Source of the DNA: the human T2T-CHM13v2.0 reference genome, Homo sapiens
DNA length: 64,000 nucleotides
NCBI RefSeq assembly: GCF_009914755.1
Contig: NC_060928.1
Direction: 5' to 3' (one strand)
The position numbers and the translations under genes were made by a program. Position 1 is the first letter of the stretch. Every line of letters starts with the position of its first letter. Positions 1 to 14,468 of the stretch are shown piece by piece. The notes beneath the pieces are model-generated. The model made no database searches and had not been told where the DNA came from. It worked only from the letters and a program-made list of their open reading frames with translations.

Positions 1-228
1 TCAACCATAAGCAAAAGCTTCACTCTAACAGTAAAATACTTTTTCTTCCAGGAAAACTCAGTACCATTCTAAGGACTTTCACTGACTGAATCGACCCACC
101 AGATTATCTAAGAAAATCTTTTAGTCCACTGACTGTGCATGTTGATTATACTAATCTAGGTATAGGTGTTTGATTGAATAACTAGGTATGATATGATAGC
201 CAAGTTGACTCATAAAACTGACCATTAA
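1..228 (-). mobile_element. MLT2-family (ERV-L) LTR, 3' LTR of provirus 1, cut by the window edge
   Basis: Ends in ...caagttgactcataaaactgaccatta, the reverse complement of the MLT2 5' terminus. Homologous to 5750-5840 and abuts the ERV-L internal 3' end. Confidence 0.75.
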
Positions 229-3200
229 AGTCCAAAACTTGTCAACTTGACATCCATGTACATCTTTTAAGACCAAGCTTAATCTCCAATTAAAGACAGT
301 AACAAAGTCATACTTTCAAGCTAACATGTTATAACTATCTGAGTATAACCAAAAGTGCACTATGGCTATGGCTTTGTGTTTTGTAGGTTTAGATGTCTTA
401 ATCCAAAGAGAGAAATGCTTCCACCAGGAGGCACAATAATGATCCCATTGAACTAAAAATTGAGATTGTCACAAGCCTCTTTGGTCTCCTAATGTCTCTG
501 AAACAACAGGTAAAGGAGGCCATTTCCTCAGAGAAGGATCATAGTCCTTATACAATGTTTACTTTTCTCCCTGATATCCTGTAACTTAAATACTGTGGTG
601 TAAAGTTAACTGTTAGTAGTATATCTCATGTTAGATGGAAAGAGATTTGAAAGGAAAAGAAATTTTTCATATATATATGCATATATATAAATATTCATTA
701 AAAACAAGGAATAAATGCTCATAAATATTACAGTCCTCATGTCTACAACTGATTGTGGGTTCATAGCTAATATTTATAAACCACCATTTCTACTATCATT
801 CCAGTATCTCAGCTGATTGTGGGTCATTGCCTGGTGAGGTAATCTGAATCTTTATTACTGAAGTGTGTGGGCCATCAGCAGTCCTGCTGGAGCTGGGTTG
901 TTGTAGTTTTCCACTGACTTTAATCATAAGACATAGCAATGCTAGGAAATGAGTTAAGAGCTCTCCTGTATTTCAGACATATTTTTCCTTACTTTCACTG
1001 TGTAGCTATAGCAAACCAATATTTTCTCAGAAGTCAGGATCAATCACCCTAGTAAGTATAGAAAGTCCCTTTTATCTATTGATTCAGAGACATGAGGATA
1101 CCAAAGTGACAGGTGACAGTCTCATTTTTGTGCCTCCTTTTGGAAGCATTTCTTTCTTTAAGATATCTAAACCAACAAAACATAAAGCTATAAGGAAAGA
1201 AAGTAAAAACTTTCTAGTGGTAATAGTGAATGCTGCCACACTCAGTTTGACTATTTGATTCCTAAACCTGTGAATTCTGGCTATGTGACAAACAGCACCA
1301 TATATTGATGCTGACTCAGAGCACACAGAGCTTTCTGGGGAAACTTGTCCCAGCATTGCAAAATTTCTGACTACCTTGTTATATAACTGAGCCTCCAAAA
1401 GGCCATTCCACTGTTCTATCAAGTCAGCTCCATTCATCTGGTAAAACCTGTGAATTCCATGAGTTTGGGCTCACTGTTACATTTCTTTTGCTATGAAGTG
1501 AGTTTCTCAGTCAGAATCAATGCCTTTTGTAATATTATGACAGTGGATAAGGCATTCTATAAGCCCACGAATGCTAGTTTTGTCAGAAGCATTGAATGCA
1601 GGAAAGGCAAATACGTATCTATTAAGTTGGTGAAAAAGCATTTACGGTTTTTGAAGTTAGGTTTTGCACCAACCTAATAGAGTTAAGTGTCTATTTCAGT
1701 AAGAACAATATGCTACCCCATTCCATGGCAGGAGTGGCTCGATATAATCAACCTGCCAGGTAGATGGCTGATCATCCTGGGGAATGGTGCCATATCAGGA
1801 ACTTAGTGTTGGTCTTTGCTATTAGAAGACTGGGCACTCAGCAGTGGCTGGAGCTAGTTCTCCTTGGTGAAAGGAAGTTCACGTTGCATAACTTCTAACT
1901 TTGCCACTGTAGCCACTTTAAGAACCTATTGAGCAGTGGCAGTTATGGCTAAGAAAAGAGGATGACAGGTAGCTATGATAGGTCATCTTATCCATGTAAT
2001 TTTTAAAACTAATTTGAAAATTACTAAAATTATTAAAATCCCACTCTGATAAGGTCACCCTTTCATAAGCGTTCACATGGATACAAAATATTTCACAGTA
2101 TTTGCCTACTAAGTGAGGTTGATCCACATATTTCTTCCCCAGACCTCTTTGTCACCACTTTTTCAATTAAATATCTTCCAAGTCCCTGATCATCCAGCCA
2201 AACAATTGGCTAGATCTCATGAATCAATATCTACTAATACCTCTGGCAATTGTGTCTTCCAAGCAAAATGTATAAGCAAGTTCTAACAACTTTATTACTT
2301 TCCTTCAGGGATGTACCAGGAATGACCCATCATGCTCAGCTGTCCACTTTCAGATGTTACCTGCATATCACATAAACTAGGCCTGAGTTTTATTTTGCTC
2401 GGTCAACTGATCATAAGAAACTTCCCAGGAAGCCATAGGTATAGGCTAATTTCATACATTTCACTTCCATATGTGAAAATAGAGAGCTGCTGAGCAAATT
2501 ATGGCTTGGTGGGTCAGAAAATACCCAGTTCATGATGGGCATCTCTGGTTGTTTGCTAACTCAGTGTCTCATGGGTAAACATTTAGTCTCTAGTCTCTAT
2601 TAAGGCCAATAGGAAGCCAAAGATGTATCTCAAAAAGATAATAGTTATCCACAGAGGATAACTGAGCTTTGCTTCAAAATCCTAAGGATCGTTTCCGTGA
2701 TTCATCAGTAAGCACCTGCCAAAGGATCCAACCAGTATCTTGATCTACCACAGATATTTAAGGCATCATTGGATCTGCTAGATCACATGGCTCAAGCATA
2801 GAATCAATTTGCATGGCAGCTTGGAACTGTTGAGAAGGCTTATTTTGTTGTGGACCCCACTCAAATTCAGCAATTTTTTACATCTCTCAATAATGAGCTG
2901 GCATAGCACACTCAAATGGCAAACATGTGGCCTTCTAAATCCAAAAAGACTCACTTGGCATTGTGCCTCTTTTTTGGTTCAGCCAGATGCAAGAATTTAT
3001 ACTTTTATTAAAAAGTATATCTTGACATGCTACATATACATCACTGATCTCCTAGAAATTTTACTGAAGTGAAAGATCTTTGTATTTTTGTCAGATTAAT
3101 TTTCCACTTTCTGTAACATAAATTTCTTATTTATAAATCTTAAATAACTGCCATTTCTTGCTCAATGGGTCAAATTTGCATAAAACCATCAAAGTAATAA

Positions 3201-3863
3201 TGGATCAGCATAATGACTTGTCAAAAAAAAACATGATGAATGTTCCTCTAAAATAAATTATGACATAGGAGTAGAAAGTTGATATACCTTTGAGACAGGG
3301 TACTGAAACTATACTTCTTGTTGTCGATCAACAGGTAGTGAGAAAAAAGCATTTGCCAGATTAATAGCTGCATACAAAGTACCAGGAAATATGTTAATTT
3401 GCTCAAGCGATGAACCTACATCTGTAAGAGCAGGTGCAATAACTATAGGATTGGTGTGGGGACACACTGAACTCAGTATAAGACACACCTGAGCAACAGC
3501 TTTAATGCCTACCCGCTCTCTGTAAACTCCTGTTCTGACTGGTGGACTCTGCTAACATTTTGTGTCTCTTGTAATTAATGTCACTTCACACCCAGTGTCA
3601 AATAATTCCCCAGAATTCAGATTACTTCCCTTTCCCCATTGCACAGTCACCTTGATAAATGTCCATAGTTTCCTTTTGGGAAGGCTGAGAGAAAGATTAA
3701 AGTATAAATATTTAGCAATGTAGCAGAGTCCTCAATCAACGGGTCCCAACCTCCCCTTTAATCAAGAAGTTCTGGGTCCGTAAACTGACTCATACCTGAA
3801 AATAGATTAAGGAGCCATCATTCCCTGTTTTGGTGATTTAAGTGAAACTTCTGTTCACTTGAC

Positions 3864-4050
3864 TTCAGGGTGCTTTTAGAGGGCCAAGCTTTTGTATAGT
3901 TTCCTTGGTTGTAGAGTTTCCCGAGGTGGGTTTCATAGGTGTTGTGTATTGAACCACTAAATTTTTGTTTGGTGTAATTCAGGCTCTAGCACAGTAGATG
4001 GAACATGCAAGTAAAAGCCAGCAGATAGGCTCTTAGCCATGCTCTCTCCT
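3864..4050 (-). mobile_element. Internal L1PA15-16/L1PB-type 5'UTR fragment without poly(A)
   Basis: The reverse complement resembles 28050-28235 and 36700-36890 (aagagcctatc...ctactg...aattacacc...ttggccct...tgaagtc). Flanked by CTTGAC repeats. Confidence 0.7.
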
Positions 4051-4101
4051 CTTGACCCAGACATTTTCATTTATACATATCAATTAAGAATTTAGTATAT
4101 T

Positions 4102-4414
4102 GGCCAGGCGCGGTGGCTCACACCTGTAATCCCAGCACTTTAGGAGGCTGAGACAGCTGAATTGCTTGAGCTCAGGAGTTCAAGACCAGCCTGGACAACA
4201 AGGTGAGACACCTCCGAACTCTACAAAAAATACAAAAACAGTAGTGAGGCATGATGGTGCACGCCTGTAGTCCCAGCTACCTGAGAGGCTGAGGTGGGAA
4301 GATGGCTTGAGCCTGGGAGGCAGAGGTTTCAGTGAGCTGAGATTACACTATTGCACTCCAGCCTGGGCAATAGAGCCTGTCCAAAAATAAATAAATAAAT
4401 AAATAAATGAAGTA
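4102..4414 (+). mobile_element. AluJ (Jb-like)
   Basis: Dimeric Alu with ttgcttgagctcaggagttc, an (AAAT)n tail and TSD ~TTAGTATATT. Confidence 0.92.
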
Positions 4415-5567
4415 AAATTAGTATATTGCTTATCTGTTTTCTAGTTACATCAAGGTCCAGAAGCAAGCACTATAGGTGTTGTGAGTCAGACTATTCTGAT
4501 TGCTGCTTTGACTTTACTGTCCATCACGGTAACCATAACCACACTGTTTTTGGTAATTAGGTACCCCCACTTGGCCTGTGTCACTCTGGGATGCTATTAA
4601 CCCTGTTACATTTAAGGATTTCCGCTCATTAGTAGCAATTTCCACTGTTATCTTTGACCTATAGAGAAGAGCTACCACAGAGTTCTTCAAGAATACTGAG
4701 ACTCCTCTCACAACTTATGTTCTTATGGTCATAATGAAAGATGTATTCTCTGGATGCACTTGGTATGGGTGAGCAGGTTTTACTTTATAAATCTTCTATA
4801 ACATTCCAATATCCCTAAACCTTTAGACGTCTTCTTTTGCAGTATAACAAGGCAGTTCTGGCATTTAATCTTGATTTAGTGTAGGCTGCTTTTTGCTCCA
4901 TGTTTCAGATAACCAAACAAACTGTTAAAGACCTTTTACATTCTCAAGCTAAAATACAGAATCCAGAATCTCTGTTTAGTGGGATCATTTCTGCTCATGT
5001 ATTCCCATTCCAATTATCAGGCTCCCATTCCTTTTCATTTAATGCCTGCATTTAACTGAAGATGCATTGCAAGGTTGGGAATTCAATGTCTGATGCAATT
5101 TAGCCACTCTCAGGATGAGGCTGTGGGTTTGGTCTTCAATAATTTCAGCCCTGTGGCTACAGGAGATAAGGGTTTTATTTATGACAGACATAAAAGCTTT
5201 TAATTCGTTTATGCAGAACTTGAGATGGGAATTTGAAATCCTGAATTTATTCTTTTTCTACTTTCTCCAGTGCAGTTCTGAGCAACTAATCAATCTCATT
5301 ATACTCGTTAGTTTGACAAAAATGTTGTCAAATATATGGTCACCCAGAACCTTTTATAAGTATTTGATTAGGAGTATCCAATGGTGATATTTTGCCTATC
5401 TGTATTATCACATCATGCCATGGACTGTCAGTCCTCTCCTTACTACTGGAAATAGAGTCATTATTTCTTTAAATCTAATCAGAATAGAATAACAGTAACA
5501 GAAACCAAGAATTAATTCAAGAAACTTAAGATTCTGTTTTTCTAGAATCACTTCTGATATCAAAATC

Positions 5568-5963
<396 letters not shown>

Positions 5964-6214
5964 TAGCATTTTATTATTCATTTACTTAATATGGTAAACA
6001 TTTAGCTCCTCTAGTTTCCTGGAAAACTGTAGAAGTTCTATTTAATAAAATACTAGATAACTTAGGATAATGTGTAAAAAAAAAAGTAATATTTGTCTCA
6101 AAGAAATTATTTTTTTCCTAGCAATAATGTGATTAAACTAATTAATATTTTAAATGCTTAGGGCAATATCTGTTCCATTTAAAATGCTCAATATATATAA
6201 GATACTCTTATTTA

Positions 6215-6420
6215 AGAGGCAGCAGAAAATAATACTGAAGACTGCAGGCTGTGAGGAAAGAGTACTTTAATTTAAAACCTGATTTTGCCACTTATTGCAT
6301 ATATTATCCTAAGTAAATTTTTTAAGTTTCATCACCACATAAATACAACATAAAAAAAGTACTTCCTGTCTCATAGTGTTGCCAATAGAATTATGTGATT
6401 GTATGTATAAAAGCTTTAAA
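6215..6420 (+). mobile_element. MIR SINE (degenerate)
   Basis: gaggcagca...tttaaaacctgattttgccacttat...cctgtctcatagtgttg...atgtataaaagct resembles the MIR core. Confidence 0.55.
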
Positions 6421-7026
6421 TTACTCAATTTATTATTAATATCAGCAGATTGTTAATAAATATCAGAAAACAAAGCAACATGAAACAACTTTATTTAATT
6501 TATACTTGGTGATAAATTTTAAAACTTTCTGGTAATTACTGACATCATCATAAATCAGGATTCCAGGTTAAAAACTCCAAGTATTCTTCTTTAATTTCAT
6601 GTTCTTTACATACTGAGTCTTATGCTTCTAAAATTTCTTCACAGCTGTTCTTAAATTGCATTCCACTGCTAGATCCCTTTTCCAGATTGTCTTCACTTAA
6701 TGTGATTTATTTAAAAATTCCATAATTAATCATCATTTCGAAACTCATATTTTAGAAATCTAGACTTTTCTTATTAAATGTTAGGCATTCTCCAATTTAT
6801 GACACTTGCTTATGTGCAAAATAAAATCTATGCTTTTTCATATCTCATAGAAGGCATGCCATAATTTTCTACAGCTGATCTTTCCAATATTGCTCACTAA
6901 AGTTTATATCTCAGTTTCATAAGACCAACCTCTTTCCCAGTCCAGTTGTCCGTATGAAATAATAAAAATGAAAACTATTTTCCATCTTATTCTGTTAATC
7001 TCATGCTCATTTAGAAACCAGCTAAA

Positions 7027-7430
<404 letters not shown>

Positions 7431-7543
7431 TTAAACAAGTCAAGATATACCCCTTCTTTTTTAATTAGTAAAAGAACAATACCTAGCTTTCTGTAAAGTA
7501 ATTAAATTAAGCAAATACAAGCACACTATATTGAGTTTATAGT

Positions 7544-8034
7544 TGTGATTCTCAATGTTATATGTCCATTTATCTGGGCCAGACATTTGATAAACATTAT
7601 TTTTGGTGTGGCTGTTAGGGTGTTTTTAGATGAGATTAATATTTGAATCAGTATACTGAGTAAAGCATATTGCCTATCCCAATATGAGTGATTCTCACTC
7701 AGTTAGTCAAAGACCTGAGTAAAACCAAAAGGCTGACCCTCATGTGGATAAGGAAGAACTCTTCCTGACTGGCTGCCTTTTAGCTGGACATTCACTTTTT
7801 TTTTTTTTTTCCAGCCTGGAGGTTTGAGCTGAAACATCAGCTCTTGCTGGGTCTTGAGCCTGGCAGCCTTTTGACTTGAACTGCACCATGTGCTTTTCTG
7901 GATCTGCATAATTATGAATGCAGATATTGGGGTGCCTCATCCCTCATTATTAGATGAGTCAATTCCTTATAAAACTATAAGAATATTTATTCATCCTATT
8001 GGCTCTGTTTTTCTGAACCACCCCAACTAATGCA
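7544..8034 (+). mobile_element. MLT2C/D-like LTR, 5' LTR of ERV-L provirus 2
   Basis: TGTGAT...ctaatgCA termini and gatgagattaatatttgaatcagt, immediately followed by the ERV-L leader. Confidence 0.85.
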
Positions 8035-8666
8035 GATTTTGGTACCAAGAGTGGTGCTAGGGAAACATAATTTTAAGGATGAGTTTTCTAATTGATCCTG
8101 GGGTTTTTGAAATTGACCCTCTGATTAGATTTAAAGATGATCATGAGTCTATTTGCAGTAGTAAAGAGTATACTAATGGTCCATAATGGAATTTGAAAAT
8201 AGAGATATGCAAAATATTAGCATTGGATGCTCCTGCTCAACATCTTATAAAAAGCAAGTATTTCAGTGATTGTGTATGTGATACTTTTAAACATGATGCC
8301 AAGCTAAGACATATAATGAGATTGGCTAGTTGCACCTAAAGTTGCTAAAGTGAGGAAAGAAATAATGAGCTTGGAAATTCCAATTCCAGCTCAAGCACTC
8401 AATAAATGACCTGAATCTAATGTGTGTGCCCTTAAGGAAACAGTTCTCCTATCACCACTGGACTGAGAATGCTAAACATCAAATTCAGGGTCTTATCCTG
8501 AAACTTTCTGAATCACAATGCAAGGTGAACTTTTACAACCTCATAGTGTTTCTACTGGTAAGTGAAGTCTTTGATTGGGAAAGAATGGAACATTGAAAGT
8601 TGAAATGAATATGTGTGGGAAAACATTGTTTAGAAAAATGGAGCCCCTAAATTTTGATTAGTCTTC

Positions 8667-9778
8667 TTTTTTTTATTATTATACTTTAAGTTCTAGGGTA
8701 CATGTGCACAATGTGCAGGTTTGTTACATATGTATACATGTGTCATGTTGGTTTGCTGCACCCATCAACTGGTCATTTACATTAGGTATTTCTCCTAATG
8801 CTATCCCTCCCCCATACCCCCACCACAAGACAGGCCCTGGTGTGTGATATTCCCCGCCCTGTGTCCAAGTGTTCTCATTGTTCAGTTCCCACCTATGAGT
8901 GACAACATGCGGTGGGTTGGTTTTCTGTCCTTGCAATAGTTTACTGAGAATGATGGTTTCCAGCTTCATCCATGTCCCTATAAAGGACATGAACTTATCA
9001 TTTTTTATGGCTGCATAGTATTCCATAGTGTATATGTGCCACATTTTCTTAATCCAGTCTATCATTGATGGACATTTGGGTTGGCTCCAAGTCTTTGCTA
9101 TTGTAAATAGTGCCACAATAAACATACTTGTGCATGTGTCTTTATAGTGGTATGATTTATAATCTTTTGGGTATATACCCAGTAATGGGATTGCTGGGTC
9201 AAATGGCATTTCTAGTTCTAGATCCTGGAGGAATCGACACACTGTCTTCCACAACGGTTGAACTAATTTACACTCCCACAAACAGTGTAAAGGTATTCTT
9301 ATTCCTCCATATCCTCTCCAGCATCTGTTGTTTCCTGGTTTTTTAATGATTACCATTCTAACTGGCATGAGATGGTATCTCATTGTGGTTTTGATTTGCA
9401 TTTCTCTAATGACCAGTGATGATGAGCTTCTTTTCATATGTTTGTTGGCTATATAAATGTCTTCTTTTGAGAAGGGTCTTTTATATCCTTCACCCACTTT
9501 TTGATGGTTTTTTTTCTTGTAAATTTTTTTTAAGTTCTTTGTAGATTCTGGATATTAGCCCTTTGTCAGATGGGTAGATTGCAAAAATTTTCTCCCATTC
9601 TGTAGGTTGCCTGTTCACTCTGATGGTAGTTTCTTTTGCTGTGCAGAAGCTCTTTAGTTTAATTAGATCCCATTTGTCAATTTTGGCTTTTGTTGCCATT
9701 GCTTTTTGTGTTTTAGTCATGAAGTCCTTGCCCATGCCTATGTCCTGAATGGTATTGCCTACGTTTTCTTCTAGGGTT
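8667..9778 (-). mobile_element. 5'-truncated LINE-1 (L1PA5-6-like), ~1.1 kb
   Basis: ORF2 C-terminus (ORFs 8724-9497 and 9490-9822), L1PA 3'UTR and T-tract, TSD ~ATTA(T)GTCTTCTTT. Confidence 0.95.
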
Positions 9779-11317
9779 ATTATGTCTTCTTTACCAGTGG
9801 AAGAGGCCTCTTCATGCCCCATAGAAGTGGAATCTGACCTCTGAAGGAATTAACTCTGTATTTCCTGAGGAAACTATAATGACCTTACCTCAGGCAGTTG
9901 CCATGTGAGACAATGCTGAGTTTCCTCAAGAACCACCCCATCACCCATCTTGGCTTCTAGATCTATAATTAAACTCAAATTCCAGGAGGTCCATAAAGAT
10001 GATATGCAAAGTGTAATACATTAGGAGGTGTATTAGAGTCCAAAATAATTACTTTCCTAATTGATACAGACAGAAATCCAGGGAATATGCATAAGAATGG
10101 ATATTAAGAGTGTGGGATAATGATGGAAGAAAGATAAAGTTGGATCAGAGAAAAGTTATTGATATGGGCTCACCAACCAGAGACTCAGTATTTATTATTA
10201 CAGCCAAGGAAGTTAGAAAGTGCTCTCACAGTGTGTTTGTTTTGTTGGATGCAACAAGATCAAAAGGTAGCCCACTGTGAGCCAATTCGTTTAATGTTGA
10301 GGAAAAGATTCAAAGGCCTAAGGATTGCTAGAGTGAATTTGTAATTTAAGACTTACCTACAACAGGAGGATTGAGAAGACATACTTATGACTAATAAAGT
10401 GAAAAATAAATTTGTGAGGGAGCATTAGCAACGTTGAAGAACTATGTGATCACTCTTTGCTACAGGTCAGACCTCACAGTGGGTACTGCAGTCACTGAAT
10501 TAAGGCACCTAAATGCAATGGAGGTAATAAAATCTGAAAGTGGCAGGGGACATGTGGCAGCCCTCAACTGACAGAGATAAGGTGGAGTGTGATTATCATA
10601 ATAGACAGCAGAGTCAAAGCAGCAGTCAGAATAGTCTGACTCAAGCAGACCTATAGCATTGGCTAAATTATCATGGTGTTCCTAAATCAAAAATGATAGT
10701 AAGCCTACTAAATACTTTCTCGATTAGTATTCACAAAATACTTCTAGGTCAAGTGAACAAACGTTTAACTTGAATCATAAAAACAGACTCATGGCTCCTC
10801 AATCAATTCCCTGGCTTGAGCCAGTTTATCAACCCAAAACCCCTTGAATGAAGAAGAGGCTAGATTTTCATAAAAAAGGATCCTGATTTGCTGCCAAAAA
10901 TTGTATTACTGTTAATCTTTCTCATAGCCTTTAACAAAAAGAATTACATCTTTTTACCTGAGTCACTGTTCACTGGGGAAAAGGAAATAATAATAATACC
11001 TTTTGAAAACTACTGGACACTGTCTCTGAACTGACCAGGAAACCCAAAATTTCACTGTGGTCCACCAGAGTAGGGACTTAAGAAGATCAGATGATCAATG
11101 GAGTTTTAGCTTAGGTTCATATTATGAAGGACTCAGTAGGTCCCTGAACCTATACTACTACTATCAAAGTTTAACCAGATGATGTCTACTATTACAGCTC
11201 TGTACCAAATATCATATCATTGCTTCATTAAATTAACACAACCTCTAGCACCTGGTTTGCAGTTGTTGATCTGGTATGCAGCTATTGATCTGGAAAATGT
11301 TTTTTTTTGCTCCAATA

Positions 11318-11770
11318 AAGTTATGTGTCACAAAAGAATAAGAATACATTCTGAGAGATGCATCATTAGGTAATTTTGTAGTGTAAACATCACAGAATGT
11401 ATTCACACAAACATAGATGGCATAGCCTATAACACACCTAGGCTATATAGTATACCCTGTTGCCCCTAGGCTGCATATCTGTTCAGCATATTACCATACT
11501 AAATACTGTAGGCAACTGTAAGATAATCATACATATGTGTGTATCTAAACACTTCTAAACATAGAAAAGGTACAGTAAATATATATGGTGTCATCTTACA
11601 AGGCTATTGTTTTATATACATACACATATATATGCATATATACACATATATACACATATACACATATATACATATATATACATATATACACGTATATACA
11701 TATATATACATATATATATACATATATATACTTTTTATTGACAGGTACGTTTTTATGCAGTACATGACTA
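11318..11770 (+). mobile_element. Tigger3a/MER7-type Tc1-mariner element
   Basis: TA-flanked, degenerate cagtcatg...catgactg TIRs, acacacctaggctatatag and aaatactgtaggcaactgtaa motifs. Splits ERV-L RT. Confidence 0.85.
11613..11730. repeat. Compound (TA)/(CATATA)n microsatellite
   Basis: Seen directly in the sequence. Confidence 0.95.
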
Positions 11771-11960
11771 TACTTGCTATAAAAGATCTCCAGAAGCAGT
11801 TTTCTTTCAACTGGCAAGCTCAGCAATATACCTTCACTATCCTACTTCAGGGGAATAGTGTCATCTGTCTATCTCTCTTAGTTCATTGGAATCTTAGTTT
11901 CCTAACAGATGATCAACAAGTTTTATTTCATTTGTATGCTTACAATATCATAAAAGCACT

Positions 11961-12665
11961 TGTGGTGTTATGAATGATATGGACATATATTGTTTTTCCT
12001 TCAGTTGTGGGCTTCTAGTTCCCATAAGCTCTTATTACAGTCTTTTATTAGAATATTGGGTATGTTAGGTCTCAGGGGCAGGCCTCCGGAAACAGAATCT
12101 GTCTGACCTTCTCCTGTACTCCTTTTACCCGCCCCAAGGCAGGACTTTAATATTCCCCTGTCTTTCTAATTATGGGTCTTAAAACCCTCCCCACAGAAGA
12201 TCTCATCCTATATCCTAGGGGAAGAAACGCTGACATCATGAAGCTTCCACAAAAACTCAAGAAGACTGGCTTTGGAGAGCTTTCCATAAACTGAACACAG
12301 AAAGAATCCTGGAGGATGGGGATGGAAGGGAGGGCCTGGAAGCTCCCAGTCCCTTCCCCCATACCTCATTCATCTGCATCCTTTGTAATATCCTATCTAA
12401 TAATTCAGCACATGTGTTTCCCTGAATTCTGTGAGCTGCTTCAGCAAATTAATCAAATCCAAAGAGGGTATTGTGGGAGCTCCAACTTGAAGCCAGCTGA
12501 TCAGAAATTCTAGAGGCCTAGACTTGTGACAAGTGGGGCAGGTGTAGGTCTTGGGGACTGTGCCCTCACCCTGTGTGACTTGACACAATCTTCAGGTAGA
12601 TAGTGACAGAATTTCACTGGAGGATACCTAGCCCATGTCTACTGTTTGGTGTGGGAGGAAAGTCT
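11961..12665 (+). mobile_element. MER21A-like LTR
   Basis: tgtggtgttatga start, ggaaacagaatctgtctgaccttctcc, ttctgtgagctgcttcagcaaattaatc and ggtagatagtgacagaat. Confidence 0.8.
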
Positions 12666-14468
12666 TCCCTAAAATAGCATGTAACAATTCAGTACATTAA
12701 TTGAGTTACTTTCTTTTCTCATTACTATGTCATCTGTTAGTATTTTGAAGAAAGTCAGTGTAAACTGTAGAAACCTTTAACAAACAGAAAAATAAACAAT
12801 TTGAATTTGTTATTTACAAAGACACAGAATTCTACACAGCTTTGAGGTAGAAAATAACATACTGAGAAAACTGGGTTTCCCAAAGAAGGAAACAAATACA
12901 CTCTTCAATAAGAACAAAATAACATACAGTTGAATGTATTATTAACATTTTTTCCAAATAGATTCTATTGTTATTTTTAATAATTCTGAACTATCCTTAT
13001 TTTACCTCACTTTTATTTCTTAAATCTATTAAGAATGATTTCATAGATCCTTATTTCCTAAATATACAATGACATTTTAAGGAACACATGTCTAAATCTT
13101 CTCTTTGCTTATGTTTTCCTTTACTTTTACTTCAATTATTTTATGAATGGAGGTTAATTTTCTGGCTTCTAAATCTTGTATGAATAAATTCAAAAACAAT
13201 TTCTTAGATATATTTTATTATGGAGAATTTATCTACATATACATATTAATTATGAATGCAATAAGAATAGAGTATTATAAGGAAGGTTTTAACTTGGAAA
13301 GAATTCACAGTAAATCAACTATGAAATAGGTGCTGACGTTGAAATCATAAAATGGAAATGCAAAGAAAGACAGATATTAAGTCAGAATGAAAGTGTAAGC
13401 AAAGGATGAAAGCTGTGAATTAGTGATGTGTGTCGGAGAAATATAAACAAATGAGCTTGAATGAATACATTTTTTTCATCAAAGCACACAGAAAGATGAA
13501 TGTGTATATGCTGATAATGTCCACACTGAAAAAGGTGTTTAGTGCCAAACTAAGAGGCCTGAAATTTTTTGGTTATTGTTTTCAAATAGAGAAGTGTCAC
13601 AGGAAGGAAATGTTTTAGAATGACTAATTTGTTGGAATATATAGAATTAATTTTACACTGGGGAAGGGGATGGAAACAAATTAGATATTGGACAATAAAT
13701 TTTAAGAGGAACACCAACTTTGGAGATAAATATAGGAAGTCAAGACATTAGATTTTATCTCCTTGGAGAAAATATAGATCAGCCAAGGAAAAAAATCTAA
13801 TGACTGAATGTTGATGTATACTATACTTAAGAAGTGAGAGAAAGAATACAATAATGAAGAATTCAAGTAGTTATATAAAAAAAGAAACAATACAGAGTAA
13901 AGTCAGTTAGCTAAGTCTAAGATTATGGTATCTTCATTATTATAATATCATATTGGTTATAACTGACAAATATTTTATTTATAATTGTTTTTCCATGTTA
14001 ATAAACAAAATTGGTTTAGGGCTTGCCACTGCATATAAACTCTCTGTTTATAATAGACTGAGAATGGAGTGAGAAAATGTGCACTTTTTAATCCATGTTG
14101 GAAATTTTTAGGAGGAAAGAAATTATGTTGCCCTTGATTTTTCTTTAATTTTTACAGAAAATCTTCAGGCAGATGTGCACAGAAGTTAAAAGTTTAGAAG
14201 GGCTTAAACTCTTATTATATACATACACAGGTCAATTTAGCTTTTCTAAGAGAGTTTAATACATATATTCATAATTCATTTATTCCTTCAAAATTGTAAT
14301 TCATCTAGAATTCAAAATTAATAGGTATGTAATTGAGCATAATATCCTTCAATCTGATTCAGATTAATGAGCATTAATATGTTGACACTCTTCTGTATGC
14401 ATGTTATAGTCCATCAATTTTTTTGTTAATGTAAGTGCTATCAAAATTGAGCATAATAGTTTCATTAA

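Larger units (their letters stand above)
229..5567 (-). mobile_element. ERV-L internal region (HERVL/ERVL-E-like), degenerate gag-pol-dUTPase
   Basis: gtccaaaacttgtcaacttgacatcc at 230 is the reverse complement of the ERV-L 3' end. The ORF at 1084-1437 (ADLIEQWNGLLEAQL) is an integrase remnant. The 5' end ...tctagaatcacttctgatatcaaaatc is the reverse complement of the ERV-L leader with its PBS. Interrupted by an L1 fragment and an Alu. Confidence 0.85.
8035..11855 (+). mobile_element. ERV-L internal region (gag to start of RT), 3'-truncated
   Basis: Starts gattttggtaccaagagtgg (ERV-L leader/PBS). RT remnant YAAIDLENVFF and [18 protein letters not shown]. Interrupted by an L1 and a Tigger3. 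Confidence 0.85.

Noticed and set aside
11539-11973. ORFs rich in Y/I/H/T (144 aa and overlapping)
   Set aside because: Translation of a (TA/CA) microsatellite inside Tigger3 plus an ERV-L RT remnant.
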